Shown piece by piece: positions 21,206 through 30,571 of a stretch of 64,000 bases of DNA. The stretch is from Candidatus Woesearchaeota archaeon (GTDB lineage Archaea > Nanobdellota > Nanobdellia > Woesearchaeales > DSVV01), in NCBI GenBank assembly GCA_018661705.1, contig JABJHR010000003.1, forward strand, positions 601 through 64,600. The letters run 5' to 3'. The notes beneath the pieces were generated by a model. That model made no database searches, had not been told where the DNA came from, and was given only the letters and a program-made list of their open reading frames with translations. The translations under genes and the position numbers were made by a program. The first letter of the stretch is position 1. Every line of letters begins with the position of its first letter.

Positions 21206-22195
21206 TTAATCAAACTTCATAACCCTACCATCAAAATCTTCTTTCATTAATAATACTACCCTACTTCCTTCTTTCTCGTCAATGATTTTATATCCAGTAA
21301 ACTCACAAATTTTTTTAGAAAATTCAACTATTTCAGGATGTCTTGGCATGTATTCAATTCCTAATCGTTCTCTGGCATAACCAACTGACATGTAGGATTT
21401 CACTTCTACAAACAATGGTTGTGCTAATTTAATTATTTCTGCCCATTGTTCTGGAAAAAGATCATTCATGCCCTTAATAATTGTAAATCTCAAACTAGTT
21501 CTTGCTTTTTCTCTCCATTTGGGCAGTAATGATAAAGTTTTCATTAATCTTTGCCAACCATCTTTTAATAGAGGATTATCAATCTTCTTAAACAATTCTT
21601 CATTAGGAGCATCTACTGAAACATAAAGTTGTGTAGGTAATGCATCTTCTTTTTCTAATTTTTCTAAAACTTCTGGTTGTAAACCATTTGTAACTAAAAA
21701 AGATGTGGCCCCAATACCATGGATTGTTTTAATTAATTCACCAAGTTTAGGATAAAGGGTTGGTTCTCCTGTTAAACTAATTGCAAAATGTTTAGGTAAA
21801 GATGCTTCTTTTAATTTTTCCATGTTAGTTCCATCATAACCACCTAAACCACTCAATAATTTTTTTTGCATTTTAAGACAACCATCAATTATTGATTTAG
21901 GATCATCAATTTCTCCCTCAATTTTAATAGAAGTATGTGCAGATGTATCTCTCCAACACAAAACACAACGATTGTTGCAGACCATAATAGGGGTCATTTG
22001 GCAACAAAGATGGCATCTAATACCATAGAACTGTTCTTTATAACAAACATCTTCTTCTTTAATTGATCTTTTAGTATAAGTACAAATCTTGCAAGCACTA
22101 TGTTGACCTACAAACCCATACTGCTGCTTTTGAAGCTGTTTTCTTATTTTTTCTTCATGATTCTCATCTTTCATTGCCATTAGGTAAAGAATCAT
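21206..22195 (-). CDS. taw1: tRNA 4-demethylwyosine synthase (Tyw1/Taw1)
   Basis: CYKEQFYGI, CNNRCVLCWR, AISLTGEPTLY, SFLVTNG. Confidence 0.92.
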   Translation of the reverse strand: MILYLMAMKDENHEEKIRKQLQKQQYGFVGQHSACKICTYTKRSIKEEDVCYKEQFYGIRCHLCCQMTPIMVCNNRCVLCWRDTSAHTSIKIEGEIDDPKSIIDGCLKMQKKLLSGLGGYDGTNMEKLKEASLPKHFAISLTGEPTLYPKLGELIKTIHGIGATSFLVTNGLQPEVLEKLEKEDALPTQLYVSVDAPNEELFKKIDNPLLKDGWQRLMKTLSLLPKWREKARTSLRFTIIKGMNDLFPEQWAEIIKLAQPLFVEVKSYMSVGYARERLGIEYMPRHPEIVEFSKKICEFTGYKIIDEKEGSRVVLLMKEDFDGRVMKFD

Positions 22196-22272
22196 TACCT
22201 AATTTAAAAAAATTCCCCATTATTACATAGAAATTGCAAAATCTAAGGGTGCAGATATAATAAAAAATATAA

Positions 22273-23379
22273 ATGGCACACATACTTAAAATATCTATGA
22301 AAAAGCTAATTAAAGATAATCTTAAACTATTTTACAATGTTTTAGTGTTTTCTAAGCGTACATTAAGCTTAAGAGACAGATTTTTCCTATTTAGACATCT
22401 TGATAGAATATGGGGGAAAGTTTGTGAAACACCTCACCTCAATTTTTTGTCTCAATTAACAGATTATAAACTAATCGGGGATGTTCTTGATGGAGATGTT
22501 GAACATTTTTACAAGTCACGAAATAGACTATGGTTTAAAAATTACTTTGAAGATCGAGATTTATATGAGATAATAAAACAAGATATTGAAAAACTTTATC
22601 CAAAGTATAAAGAAATAAAGCTTACCATTACCCACAAAGGCATTATTGTTTTTGATAATTACAAACCCAACAAATTTAATTCATTATTATTAACAATACA
22701 TAATGGGACTTGGATAGATAAAGAAATTAAAAAAAATATGGCAATGCCAGACAAAAAAAGACTAACAGAAGAAGATTTAGGTTCTGGAATGTTATATGCA
22801 ATGACTGTTTTAGAAGAAGGTGGTATATGGATTGATTGTAAACAATCCAGATTTATGTGTGATTTTAACAGAAGCTATGCTAAAGCCATTTATGCAAATA
22901 ATCAAGAAAAAATGTTAAGGTCTGTATGGAAAGAAGAGTTAAATGAACAACAAAAAGAAATTATTTTAGATTCATATAGGCATTTTTATTATATTCTTTC
23001 TAGACTAATAAGTTCTTATAGATTCAACATAATCTTTGATGGACATTCAATGCGAGATAAAGATAACAGACCAGAAATAAGTTTTGGTACAAAATATGTA
23101 CCTGCATTTTATATGCCAATTGTTCAAGCATTTAGACAACGATTAAAAAAGTTAGATTATAAAGACGTTAGAATTAATGATCCATATAAGGGTGGTTATA
23201 TTTTAAAGTTTCTTACTAGCAAATTTCCAAACGTGTTTATATTTTCCATGGAAGTTAATAAGAAACTTTATATGCGAGCTGATGAAACAACCATTGTTAA
23301 AAGTAAAGTTGATAAAATTTCTCAAGACATCATAAAAATGTTAAAAATAGAAGCAGATGAAAATGGCGAAGTTAAATAA
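22273..23379 (+). CDS. N-formylglutamate amidohydrolase family protein
   Basis: TIHNG, SRFMCDFNR, DGHSM, NDPYKGGYI, MEVNKKLYM. Confidence 0.85.
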   Translation: MAHILKISMKKLIKDNLKLFYNVLVFSKRTLSLRDRFFLFRHLDRIWGKVCETPHLNFLSQLTDYKLIGDVLDGDVEHFYKSRNRLWFKNYFEDRDLYEIIKQDIEKLYPKYKEIKLTITHKGIIVFDNYKPNKFNSLLLTIHNGTWIDKEIKKNMAMPDKKRLTEEDLGSGMLYAMTVLEEGGIWIDCKQSRFMCDFNRSYAKAIYANNQEKMLRSVWKEELNEQQKEIILDSYRHFYYILSRLISSYRFNIIFDGHSMRDKDNRPEISFGTKYVPAFYMPIVQAFRQRLKKLDYKDVRINDPYKGGYILKFLTSKFPNVFIFSMEVNKKLYMRADETTIVKSKVDKISQDIIKMLKIEADENGEVK

Positions 23380-24772
23380 AGAAAAAGAAGAATTAAATCT
23401 CGAGTCTAAAAACCAAGGAAATAATAAAAAAAGACCCTTGAAAAGATCCATGATAGGACTTGAAATGGAATTTATGCTTTTAAATAATAAGGGCAAAGTA
23501 GTTAATAAAGCAGACGAGATTCTTGCGGCAGTTAAAAAAAAAGAACCTGAAACAAACATTGTCAAAGAATGCGGCAAAAATATGGTTGAACTTGGTTGTT
23601 ATCCTTCTGTTAAAATGTTTAACACGGCATTAGATATCCTAAAACATGCTGAAACATTATATGATGTAGCATCAAAAAAAGATTTATTACTACATTGTTT
23701 TGGAACTTACCCAGGAAAATTTGATCCTGAAGTAAGAAATAATATTAATTATTTAATGAAAAAAAAGATATTTGGAGAAGAACGATTTTTAGCAGCAGCA
23801 AGATGTATTGGTTTTCATCACCATTATGCCTTACCGAGGGGAATGTATAATCCATTAACTAAATTTATAAGAGTAACTTTTGATGGAAAAATTAAGAGAA
23901 GTTTTATGGGAAGTTATAACTTTGAAATTGCGGCAGATCCTGCTTTAACATGTATTATGCAATCTTCTCCATTTTATCAAGGCCAACATTTTGCAATGGA
24001 CACAAGACTACCAGTTTATAGAGGAGGGAAAAAATTAAAATACATGGATGGAGTTTATGCAAACTTACAACAGATTGGTGGGCTACCACCATATAAACAA
24101 ACAGAGATGGATTTAATTGAATCATTAAATAGAAAAGTACAAAGATGGATGAAGGTATTAAAAAAACATAATGAAAATGCAAAATTTGATGAAATTTATA
24201 ATAGCAAATTAGATGTTAATTGGGGACCTGTAAAAGTAAATAATCATGGAACACTAGAACAAAGAGGTATGGACATGAATTACCCCAGCAATATTATGGC
24301 TACTTCTGTACTTCTTAAATTTTGTTTAATGAAAATTCACAGAGAATTTTTAGAAGTTGAACCTGCTGATATTGGAATAAAAGAACCATTTAAGATTGAA
24401 GATAATAGAATGTATGTTCCACCACACACATTTGTTAGAAACAAACTTCAGTATTTTAGTGCATATGAAGGCCTTAATAATAAACACATGGAAAACTATG
24501 TTAAAAGGTTTCTAAGAATGGCAAAAAAGTTTACAAACAAAAGTTACCAAAAATCAATTAGACCAGTTATTAATATGTATGAAGAGAATAATACTGTTTC
24601 AACACAAATTCTTAAAAAAGCAAGAAAATTAGGTTGGGAAAAAGAAACCGAATTAGATAATGAAACCGCACAAGAACTTTCATTACATTTTACAGATAAG
24701 TTTTACAAAGATTTAGTTAATACAATTGAATTATTAAAAAAGATAGATGTTACCGCTAACTATAGTTTTTAA
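23357..24772 (+). CDS. Glutamate-cysteine ligase family 2 (carboxylate-amine ligase)
   Basis: IGLEMEFML, MVEL, GFHHH, SSPFYQG, GTLEQRGMD. Confidence 0.82.
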   Translation: MKMAKLNKEKEELNLESKNQGNNKKRPLKRSMIGLEMEFMLLNNKGKVVNKADEILAAVKKKEPETNIVKECGKNMVELGCYPSVKMFNTALDILKHAETLYDVASKKDLLLHCFGTYPGKFDPEVRNNINYLMKKKIFGEERFLAAARCIGFHHHYALPRGMYNPLTKFIRVTFDGKIKRSFMGSYNFEIAADPALTCIMQSSPFYQGQHFAMDTRLPVYRGGKKLKYMDGVYANLQQIGGLPPYKQTEMDLIESLNRKVQRWMKVLKKHNENAKFDEIYNSKLDVNWGPVKVNNHGTLEQRGMDMNYPSNIMATSVLLKFCLMKIHREFLEVEPADIGIKEPFKIEDNRMYVPPHTFVRNKLQYFSAYEGLNNKHMENYVKRFLRMAKKFTNKSYQKSIRPVINMYEENNTVSTQILKKARKLGWEKETELDNETAQELSLHFTDKFYKDLVNTIELLKKIDVTANYSF

Positions 24773-24814
24773 AATTAAATTTAGAAAATTAATTAGGGTT
24801 TAAGAGGTTAAAAA

Positions 24815-25291
24815 ATGAAATGTGAAGAAACAATTAAAAAAGTAGAAGAAAGCAATGAATTTAAAGAATTTAAAAAACAACATCCTAATGCTTATTTAAT
24901 ACATGTATTCATGATGGATGCAGCAAACACACAAGTTGGTTACTATTTAAAAGAAAACAAACACATAATTACTTTTGAAATTTCAGATGCTGGCATAAGA
25001 GCAGAAGAAGCAAAACCATTTCAAAAAGAAGAGCACGACATTGTTGCTCTTGACCTAGATAAAATAAAAGTAGATTTTGATGAAGCAAAAGAAATTGCAG
25101 TTAAGACGAAAGAAGAAAATTATAAAGGGGAAATCATAAACAAAAGTATTTTAATCTTACAAAATATTTCTGAAGGACAGATTTATAATGTTACGTTTAT
25201 TACTGCATCATTTAAAACATTAAATGTAAAAATAAATGCAGAGACAAAACAAATTATTGACCATAATCTTGCAACATTAATTGGACTTTAA
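24815..25291 (+). CDS. Hypothetical protein (PepSY-like C-terminus)
   Basis: Clean ORF with GAGG RBS; VDFDEAKEIA...VKINAETKQI. Confidence 0.65.
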   Translation: MKCEETIKKVEESNEFKEFKKQHPNAYLIHVFMMDAANTQVGYYLKENKHIITFEISDAGIRAEEAKPFQKEEHDIVALDLDKIKVDFDEAKEIAVKTKEENYKGEIINKSILILQNISEGQIYNVTFITASFKTLNVKINAETKQIIDHNLATLIGL

Positions 25292-25917
25292 TTTTTTATC
25301 TTTTTCTTATTCTGAGAGGGTTCTTTTACAAATAATGATAGCAGAAATATTAAAAGGCCCACCAAAATTACGTTTATAAAAGCATTGTTCTTAAGTTTTG
25401 TATTAAAAAAGAGACTCATACCAGTAATTAAATTATGTTCTTCATGATTTATGGAATTATTAAGAGACGTGTCAGTAAGACCATCATTTAAAGATTCATT
25501 TGCGAAATAAAATTCAATAGGATTAATTTGATTAGTAATATTAAGTCTGGCTTTTACACCAATACTGCTTTTAATTTTTCTTCCAGGTTTATAGACGGAG
25601 ATAAGAATAATATCTTCATAAATTTTGCTATCAAAACCTTGTTTTTTATTTACAACCACAGAAATACTTTTTTTACTATTCTTAGACAATTTACCTTCTG
25701 ATGGGAAAAAGCTCAGAAATTCATTTGTTGAGGAAACTACAAAATCAAAACTCGCATTATTTGAATTAATAATCCATAAAGTCTGATTTACAGATTCATT
25801 TTCAAGAAAAATCTTTGGTGGACTAACACCAATACTAGCAGCATTAACAGAGATTGAAAATAAAGATAAACCAAGAACAAAAAAGATAAGAAATAAAAAA
25901 AAATTTAATTTGTTCAT
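25288..25917 (-). CDS. Secreted protein with Ig-like domain and C-terminal TM anchor
   Basis: Signal peptide ending VNA, IGVSPP, LITGM, C-terminal TM helix and basic tail. Confidence 0.7.
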   Translation of the reverse strand: MNKLNFFLFLIFFVLGLSLFSISVNAASIGVSPPKIFLENESVNQTLWIINSNNASFDFVVSSTNEFLSFFPSEGKLSKNSKKSISVVVNKKQGFDSKIYEDIILISVYKPGRKIKSSIGVKARLNITNQINPIEFYFANESLNDGLTDTSLNNSINHEEHNLITGMSLFFNTKLKNNAFINVILVGLLIFLLSLFVKEPSQNKKKIKN

Positions 25918-27308
25918 GAAGCAACACCCACAATGTTCATGTTTGCACCATACATGTCTGGTTTCAAATATTTTTCAAGGTGTAATTTAAAACCAAGACC
26001 AATTGTTTGGTTCACACCAAAATTTAAACTTTCCATTGCCATTACCAACTCAGGTGTTACATTATAATATTCTGCACCAAGACTATATTGTAGGTTATTA
26101 TCATTAATTGCAAGATCACCACTATAAATACCATAACTTAAGTTTGTATTACCTAAATTTTTAATTGTTGGGCTAGTTGTAGTACTAAAATCTAAATCGC
26201 CATTAATTTCTGCAGTTTCTTTATTCTTTGCATTATCAAACACAAGAGATTCAGCATCAATATCAAAGGCAATTAATGGTAAATATTCCATTACAAAATT
26301 TTGTTCACTATTTTCACTACTTTTATCAGTAGCACTTAACAAAAGATTATAATCACCTGGCGCATTGTAATAATCAAAAAGAACATCTCCTGAAAATAAA
26401 ACCCAGTCAGTATTATTCTCAGTGTTTGTTAGTACTACTTCTTGCACATAATCTTGCGCCGTAATTAAAACTTTAACATTGTTAATATCAGAAACACCAT
26501 CATTATCTGCAACAACAACATTTAATGGAATTGTTTTTATTGCACCGGGTTCTGGTAATACTTGGTATCCTTCTTCTTCATTATCATCTACAGTGAGATT
26601 ATAGTTTAGAATAAGGGGAAGGGAATTAGTGAGATTAATAAACAAGGGTAGATCCACTTCAGAGTCATCTGTATCAGGATCTTCTTGTTCTTCCTCACCA
26701 CCATTCCCTTCATCTTCGGGATCACCCTGTGGGACTTCAACCACAGAACTAGAGTTGTGAAAATTAGGTTGAGAAATTATTAAGTCATTAAGATTATTGT
26801 CAGTATCTACAAAATTTAGTCTTGCTAAAACAAAACCAGAATCTGGATTATAAGCAGGTGTTGTTTCATATAATCCTGGTTCAATACTTTCAGTATCACC
26901 CCAACCAATTACATCAACAATAACATCTTCTGCAGTAATTAATGCTATACCAGAATTTGTATTATACATTGTTAGTGCTTCTTCATGGTCTGCATTTGGC
27001 CAAGATTCGTTATCTTTAAGAACACCCCAGCCATTATCAGCAATCAAATAATAACTATTTGCGCTGATAATGGCTCCATCTAATAAAGTCACATCACTAT
27101 TGCTACTTTCAGTTTTTATTTTGTATCCAGAAATATCAATCTCTGATGTCGTAGGATTGTATAATTCAATTGCTTCCCCACCTGCTTCAGTATCCACTGC
27201 ATCAACATAAACTTGATTAATAACAATATGTTCTGTTGCCATTGCTGAAATTGCAACTACAAGTATAAAAAAACCAATTATTGGTAATAATAAAACTATC
27301 TTTCTCAT
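25914..27308 (-). CDS. Lamin-tail-domain surface protein
   Basis: HIVINQVY, EAIELYNPT..IDISGYKI, DTDNNLND. Confidence 0.85.
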   Translation of the reverse strand: MRKIVLLLPIIGFFILVVAISAMATEHIVINQVYVDAVDTEAGGEAIELYNPTTSEIDISGYKIKTESSNSDVTLLDGAIISANSYYLIADNGWGVLKDNESWPNADHEEALTMYNTNSGIALITAEDVIVDVIGWGDTESIEPGLYETTPAYNPDSGFVLARLNFVDTDNNLNDLIISQPNFHNSSSVVEVPQGDPEDEGNGGEEEQEDPDTDDSEVDLPLFINLTNSLPLILNYNLTVDDNEEEGYQVLPEPGAIKTIPLNVVVADNDGVSDINNVKVLITAQDYVQEVVLTNTENNTDWVLFSGDVLFDYYNAPGDYNLLLSATDKSSENSEQNFVMEYLPLIAFDIDAESLVFDNAKNKETAEINGDLDFSTTTSPTIKNLGNTNLSYGIYSGDLAINDNNLQYSLGAEYYNVTPELVMAMESLNFGVNQTIGLGFKLHLEKYLKPDMYGANMNIVGVAS

Positions 27309-27394
27309 GATTTCACCTTTTTTAATTTTTTGTCATCATGAGATCAATTAACCCAAAAACTATAATGGAAAACTCCTTAAAATACTTTTACTAA

Positions 27395-27510
27395 GATTTT
27401 CTGAATAATTTCCGACGACAAGTAACAAAAACAATCAAATTTCGGAAATGGTATTTAAAGCAAGAAATATCATCGGAGATTTTGTATTGAATCTGAAAAG
27501 ATTCCGGAAG
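27395..27510. promoter_or_regulatory. Candidate operator array (TTCNGAA-like sites)
   Basis: Inverted ATTTCCGA/TCGGAAAT at 27408 and 27442; sequence blocks shared with 32521-32687. Confidence 0.5.
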
Positions 27511-27567
27511 AAAAAGTAATATTTAAGTGTAAATTAAAAATAATAAAGAAAAATAAAAAGTAAAGAA

Positions 27568-28419
27568 TTAAACATTCATCCCTTTCAATCTACTTATCCT
27601 TTCTTTCATGGGTGGATGAGTACTTAATAATTTCATCATACCACTTCCCTTAAAAGGATTTGCAATAAATAATGATGACGTAGATGGACTACCCATCTTC
27701 ATTGGATTTTGTTTAATACCTGAATCTAGTTTTTCTAATGCACTTGCTAAACCATGAGAGCTATGCAATATTTTTGCTGCACTTTCGTCTGCTAAATATT
27801 CTCTGCTCCTAGAGATTGCTAATTGTATTAACATTGCTATAAGTGGCGTTATAATTGATAACACAAGTAAGCTAATTAAATTTCCACCATCTCTGCTTCT
27901 CCCACCAAGTCCACCAAAAATTGCACCCCATCTTGCCATGATAGCAAGATAAGAAATAACACCTGCAATTGTTGCTGCAACTGTTTGAATTAAAATATCC
28001 CTATTTTTAATATGACTAACTTCGTGAGCAATAACTCCTTTTAATTCATCCTTACTTAACAATTGCATTATTCCTTGCGTACATGCAACAACTGCGTGTT
28101 TAGGATCTCTACCTGTTGCAAATGCATTAGGAGACATAGTAGGAATAACATAAACCTTTGGCATTGGAATATTTGCTAGATGTGCAACTTCTCTTACTAA
28201 TTTAAATAATTCTGGTTGCTCTTTTTCAGTTGCTTCCTTTGCTTTATACATTGCTAAAACTAATTTATGAGAAAAAAAGTATGAGAACACATTCATTAAC
28301 ACTACAAAAACACCTGCAATTGCTAACCCAGTTGGTCCTGCAAGAGCCCTGCCTGCAAAAAGTAGCACAGCTGTTAACAAAGCCAATAAAATAAATGTCT
28401 TTAATTGATTCTTTATCAT
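27568..28419 (-). CDS. htpX: Zinc metalloprotease HtpX
   Basis: PNAFATGR, HEVSH, SRSREYLAD, STHPP. Confidence 0.96.
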   Translation of the reverse strand: MIKNQLKTFILLALLTAVLLFAGRALAGPTGLAIAGVFVVLMNVFSYFFSHKLVLAMYKAKEATEKEQPELFKLVREVAHLANIPMPKVYVIPTMSPNAFATGRDPKHAVVACTQGIMQLLSKDELKGVIAHEVSHIKNRDILIQTVAATIAGVISYLAIMARWGAIFGGLGGRSRDGGNLISLLVLSIITPLIAMLIQLAISRSREYLADESAAKILHSSHGLASALEKLDSGIKQNPMKMGSPSTSSLFIANPFKGSGMMKLLSTHPPMKERISRLKGMNV

Positions 28420-28525
28420 AATAACACCCAATAGAATAGAGGAATTAAGGTTTTATAAAACTTGTGGAAAAGTATTAGTTTGTATTAAGAAAAAGATTGA
28501 AAATAAAAAGAAAATATAATCTTTT

Positions 28526-28686
28526 TGTGAGAAGCATTGGCTTCGCCCCGGTGTTGTAGCGTAACAGTTTACAATTTACTCTTCAGCTCCAGCCGTTAGG
28601 CTCCTTTTCTCACTAAGATTTTGATTTAATTTTTAAAATAGATTTAAACTTTGGCCGACAGGCTTTTTTCACTAAGAATTCTCACA
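28526..28686 (-). ncRNA. Candidate structured RNA between dnaG and htpX
   Basis: GUGAGAA/UUCUCAC closing stems, hairpins AGCC-UAAC-GGCU and GGC-GAA-GCC; GC-rich island. Confidence 0.45.
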
Positions 28687-28721
28687 TAAAAAAAGTAAAG
28701 AAAAGAAAAAAAACAACTTAT

Positions 28722-29981
28722 CTAAAAGTCATCTACTGTTAAAACACAAACAGAGTTGCTTGATTTTGCCTTAGCACCCATTGCTACTAAGAACTTAACG
28801 CCAGATTTCTCTGCAATTGAAAGAATGTTTGCATCGATTTCTCCATCAAATACAACAGCATAAATTCCTGATCCAAGACTCTTTAGTGTGGTTGTTAGCT
28901 CACTTAATGGAACCTTACCGAGGATGTTTAGTTTGTTATCTAAAACATAAGCTCCTCTTGTACCAATTAAATCTTCTAACAATTTACTAAATTTCTTTTT
29001 CTCATCGGCAGTTGCTTTTACTGGTGTAGCTTTTGCTGCACTTGGTTGTGGTCTTGAAGATTGTTGATAAGATCTCTGTGGAGGTCTTCTTTCAAACCGT
29101 TTATTTTCAACAGGCCTTTCTGCTTTTTCAGTAGAACGCCTATCTTCTCTAACAGTATCAACCTTAGCTTGTTCAGGACTAACTTTACTTCTGATGGCTT
29201 TGTGAATTTCTTTCTTTGTTAACTCTTCAACTTCTTTACCATCTGGAGCTTTTGTAACAAAGTCAATTTCTGCGATAGAAGTTAGTTCCTTAATAATTAG
29301 GTCTCCTCCCCTATCACCATCAACAAATGCAGTTAAGATTTTCTTTTTAGAAAGCTCAACAATTGTTTGTGGAACAGAAGTTCCATTAACAGCAATTGCG
29401 TTTTTAAATCCATGCTTTAGTAAGTTAAGAACATCTGCTCTGCCTTCTACGATGAGAACTTCATCAGAATCATCAATTGAAGGGCCTGCAGGTAATCTTT
29501 CCTTACCATATTCTGTAATTTCCATTACTCTTACAGAATAAGCAACCTCATCAGCTAATTCTTGTGAATCCGGCATAGACGTATCCATTAAATGTTTTAA
29601 CAATTCTTTAGCTCTTTCAACTACAAATTGTCTTTTGCTTACTCTAACATCTTCAATTTTCTCAACTCTAATCTTAGCGTTGCAAGGACCAATTCTTTGA
29701 ATTACTTCTAAAGCAGCACCAACAATAGCTGTTTCTGCTTTGTCTAAACTAGAAGGAATTATGATTGTACCTAATGTTTTACCTGTTTTAGTTTCAACAT
29801 TAACTTCAATTCTACCAATTCTACCGCTTCTTTGTAATTCTCTAAGCTCTAGATCTGCTCCTAAAAGACCTTCTGTTTGCCCAAAAATAGCACCAATTAC
29901 GTCTGGTCTGTCTACTACTCCACCAATATTAATAGTTGCGTGAACAATATATTTTGCACTTACTGGGCTAATTTTACCCAT
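28722..29981 (-). CDS. dnaG: Archaeal DnaG (TOPRIM)
   Basis: DVIGAIFGQTEGLLG, GRIGRI, VEGRADV, DGDRGG. Confidence 0.96.
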   Translation of the reverse strand: MGKISPVSAKYIVHATINIGGVVDRPDVIGAIFGQTEGLLGADLELRELQRSGRIGRIEVNVETKTGKTLGTIIIPSSLDKAETAIVGAALEVIQRIGPCNAKIRVEKIEDVRVSKRQFVVERAKELLKHLMDTSMPDSQELADEVAYSVRVMEITEYGKERLPAGPSIDDSDEVLIVEGRADVLNLLKHGFKNAIAVNGTSVPQTIVELSKKKILTAFVDGDRGGDLIIKELTSIAEIDFVTKAPDGKEVEELTKKEIHKAIRSKVSPEQAKVDTVREDRRSTEKAERPVENKRFERRPPQRSYQQSSRPQPSAAKATPVKATADEKKKFSKLLEDLIGTRGAYVLDNKLNILGKVPLSELTTTLKSLGSGIYAVVFDGEIDANILSIAEKSGVKFLVAMGAKAKSSNSVCVLTVDDF

Positions 29982-29998
29982 AAATATCTACCTCCAAT

Positions 29999-30073
29999 CT
30001 AGAAGGAGCCATCTACTTTATCAAGCATAAATCTTTTGTGTGAATGATAAGTGATGCAATGAATGTGAATCAT
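29999..30073 (-). CDS. Candidate 24-aa leader peptide MIHIHCITYHSHKRFMLDKVDGSF
   Basis: AGGAGAAGGAG immediately upstream of the ATG; the stop lies next to the dnaG RBS. Confidence 0.35.
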   Translation of the reverse strand: MIHIHCITYHSHKRFMLDKVDGSF

Positions 30074-30119
30074 TTTACTCCTTCTCCTATTTTCTTATTT
30101 TATTATCTTTCGTATTATA

Positions 30120-30433
30120 ATGTGTTTAGAACAAACCTAACTATAGGAAACCTGCCTTAAATGTACCTAATTTACATGGTACCTCTCTGGTCCCCCCATC
30201 TTAATCAAATAAATAATGATGAAATGAATGATGATAAGCTTGTTCTAAGCATTTATAAGCGCGATTTAGGCTTCTTTAGCCCAAATAAAGGTTTGTTGCC
30301 CGAAACACTAACTCCCAACTTCATAGCTTGCTTTTAGCGTGAGCTTCATTGGGTACTCTCGTGCCGGGCTGGTATACGCAAGAGTGGCTCTAATTCACAG
30401 CCATAACCGATGTTATTGCTCGTAAGAGGACCA
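30120..30433 (-). ncRNA. Large structured RNA upstream of dnaG (unassigned)
   Basis: At least seven helices; G-U pairs consistently favour the minus strand; one helix crosses the closing stem. Confidence 0.65.
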
Positions 30434-30450
30434 ATTTGCATACAATTTAC

Positions 30451-30469
30451 TAATCTTTACTAAAGATTA
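30451..30469. promoter_or_regulatory. Perfect inverted repeat at the divergent dnaG/rio1 promoter
   Basis: TAATCTTTA-C-TAAAGATTA just downstream of minus-strand TTTATATA (30483-30476). Confidence 0.5.
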
Positions 30470-30571
30470 ATAAGTATATAAAGGTAGAGGTTTTATATAA
30501 AGTTTATTATTTAAGAGTAGTTACTATTAAATTGGAAAAGTATATTAGCTGGTAAGGAGATTTAACAAACA

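Noticed and set aside
28545..28565. tRNA-like 5' end GCCCCGGTGTTGTAGC
   Set aside because: No T-arm or matching acceptor 3' strand follows.
28555..28590. Hammerhead ribozyme (CUGAAGA plus stem, minus strand)
   Set aside because: The stem is followed by GCUA rather than the required GAAA.
30120..30433. RNase P RNA, SRP RNA or C/D-box RNA
   Set aside because: No GAGGAAAGUCC-type CR-I, no SRP helix-8 motif, and no CUGA partner for the ATGATGA boxes. A very divergent version cannot be excluded without cmscan.
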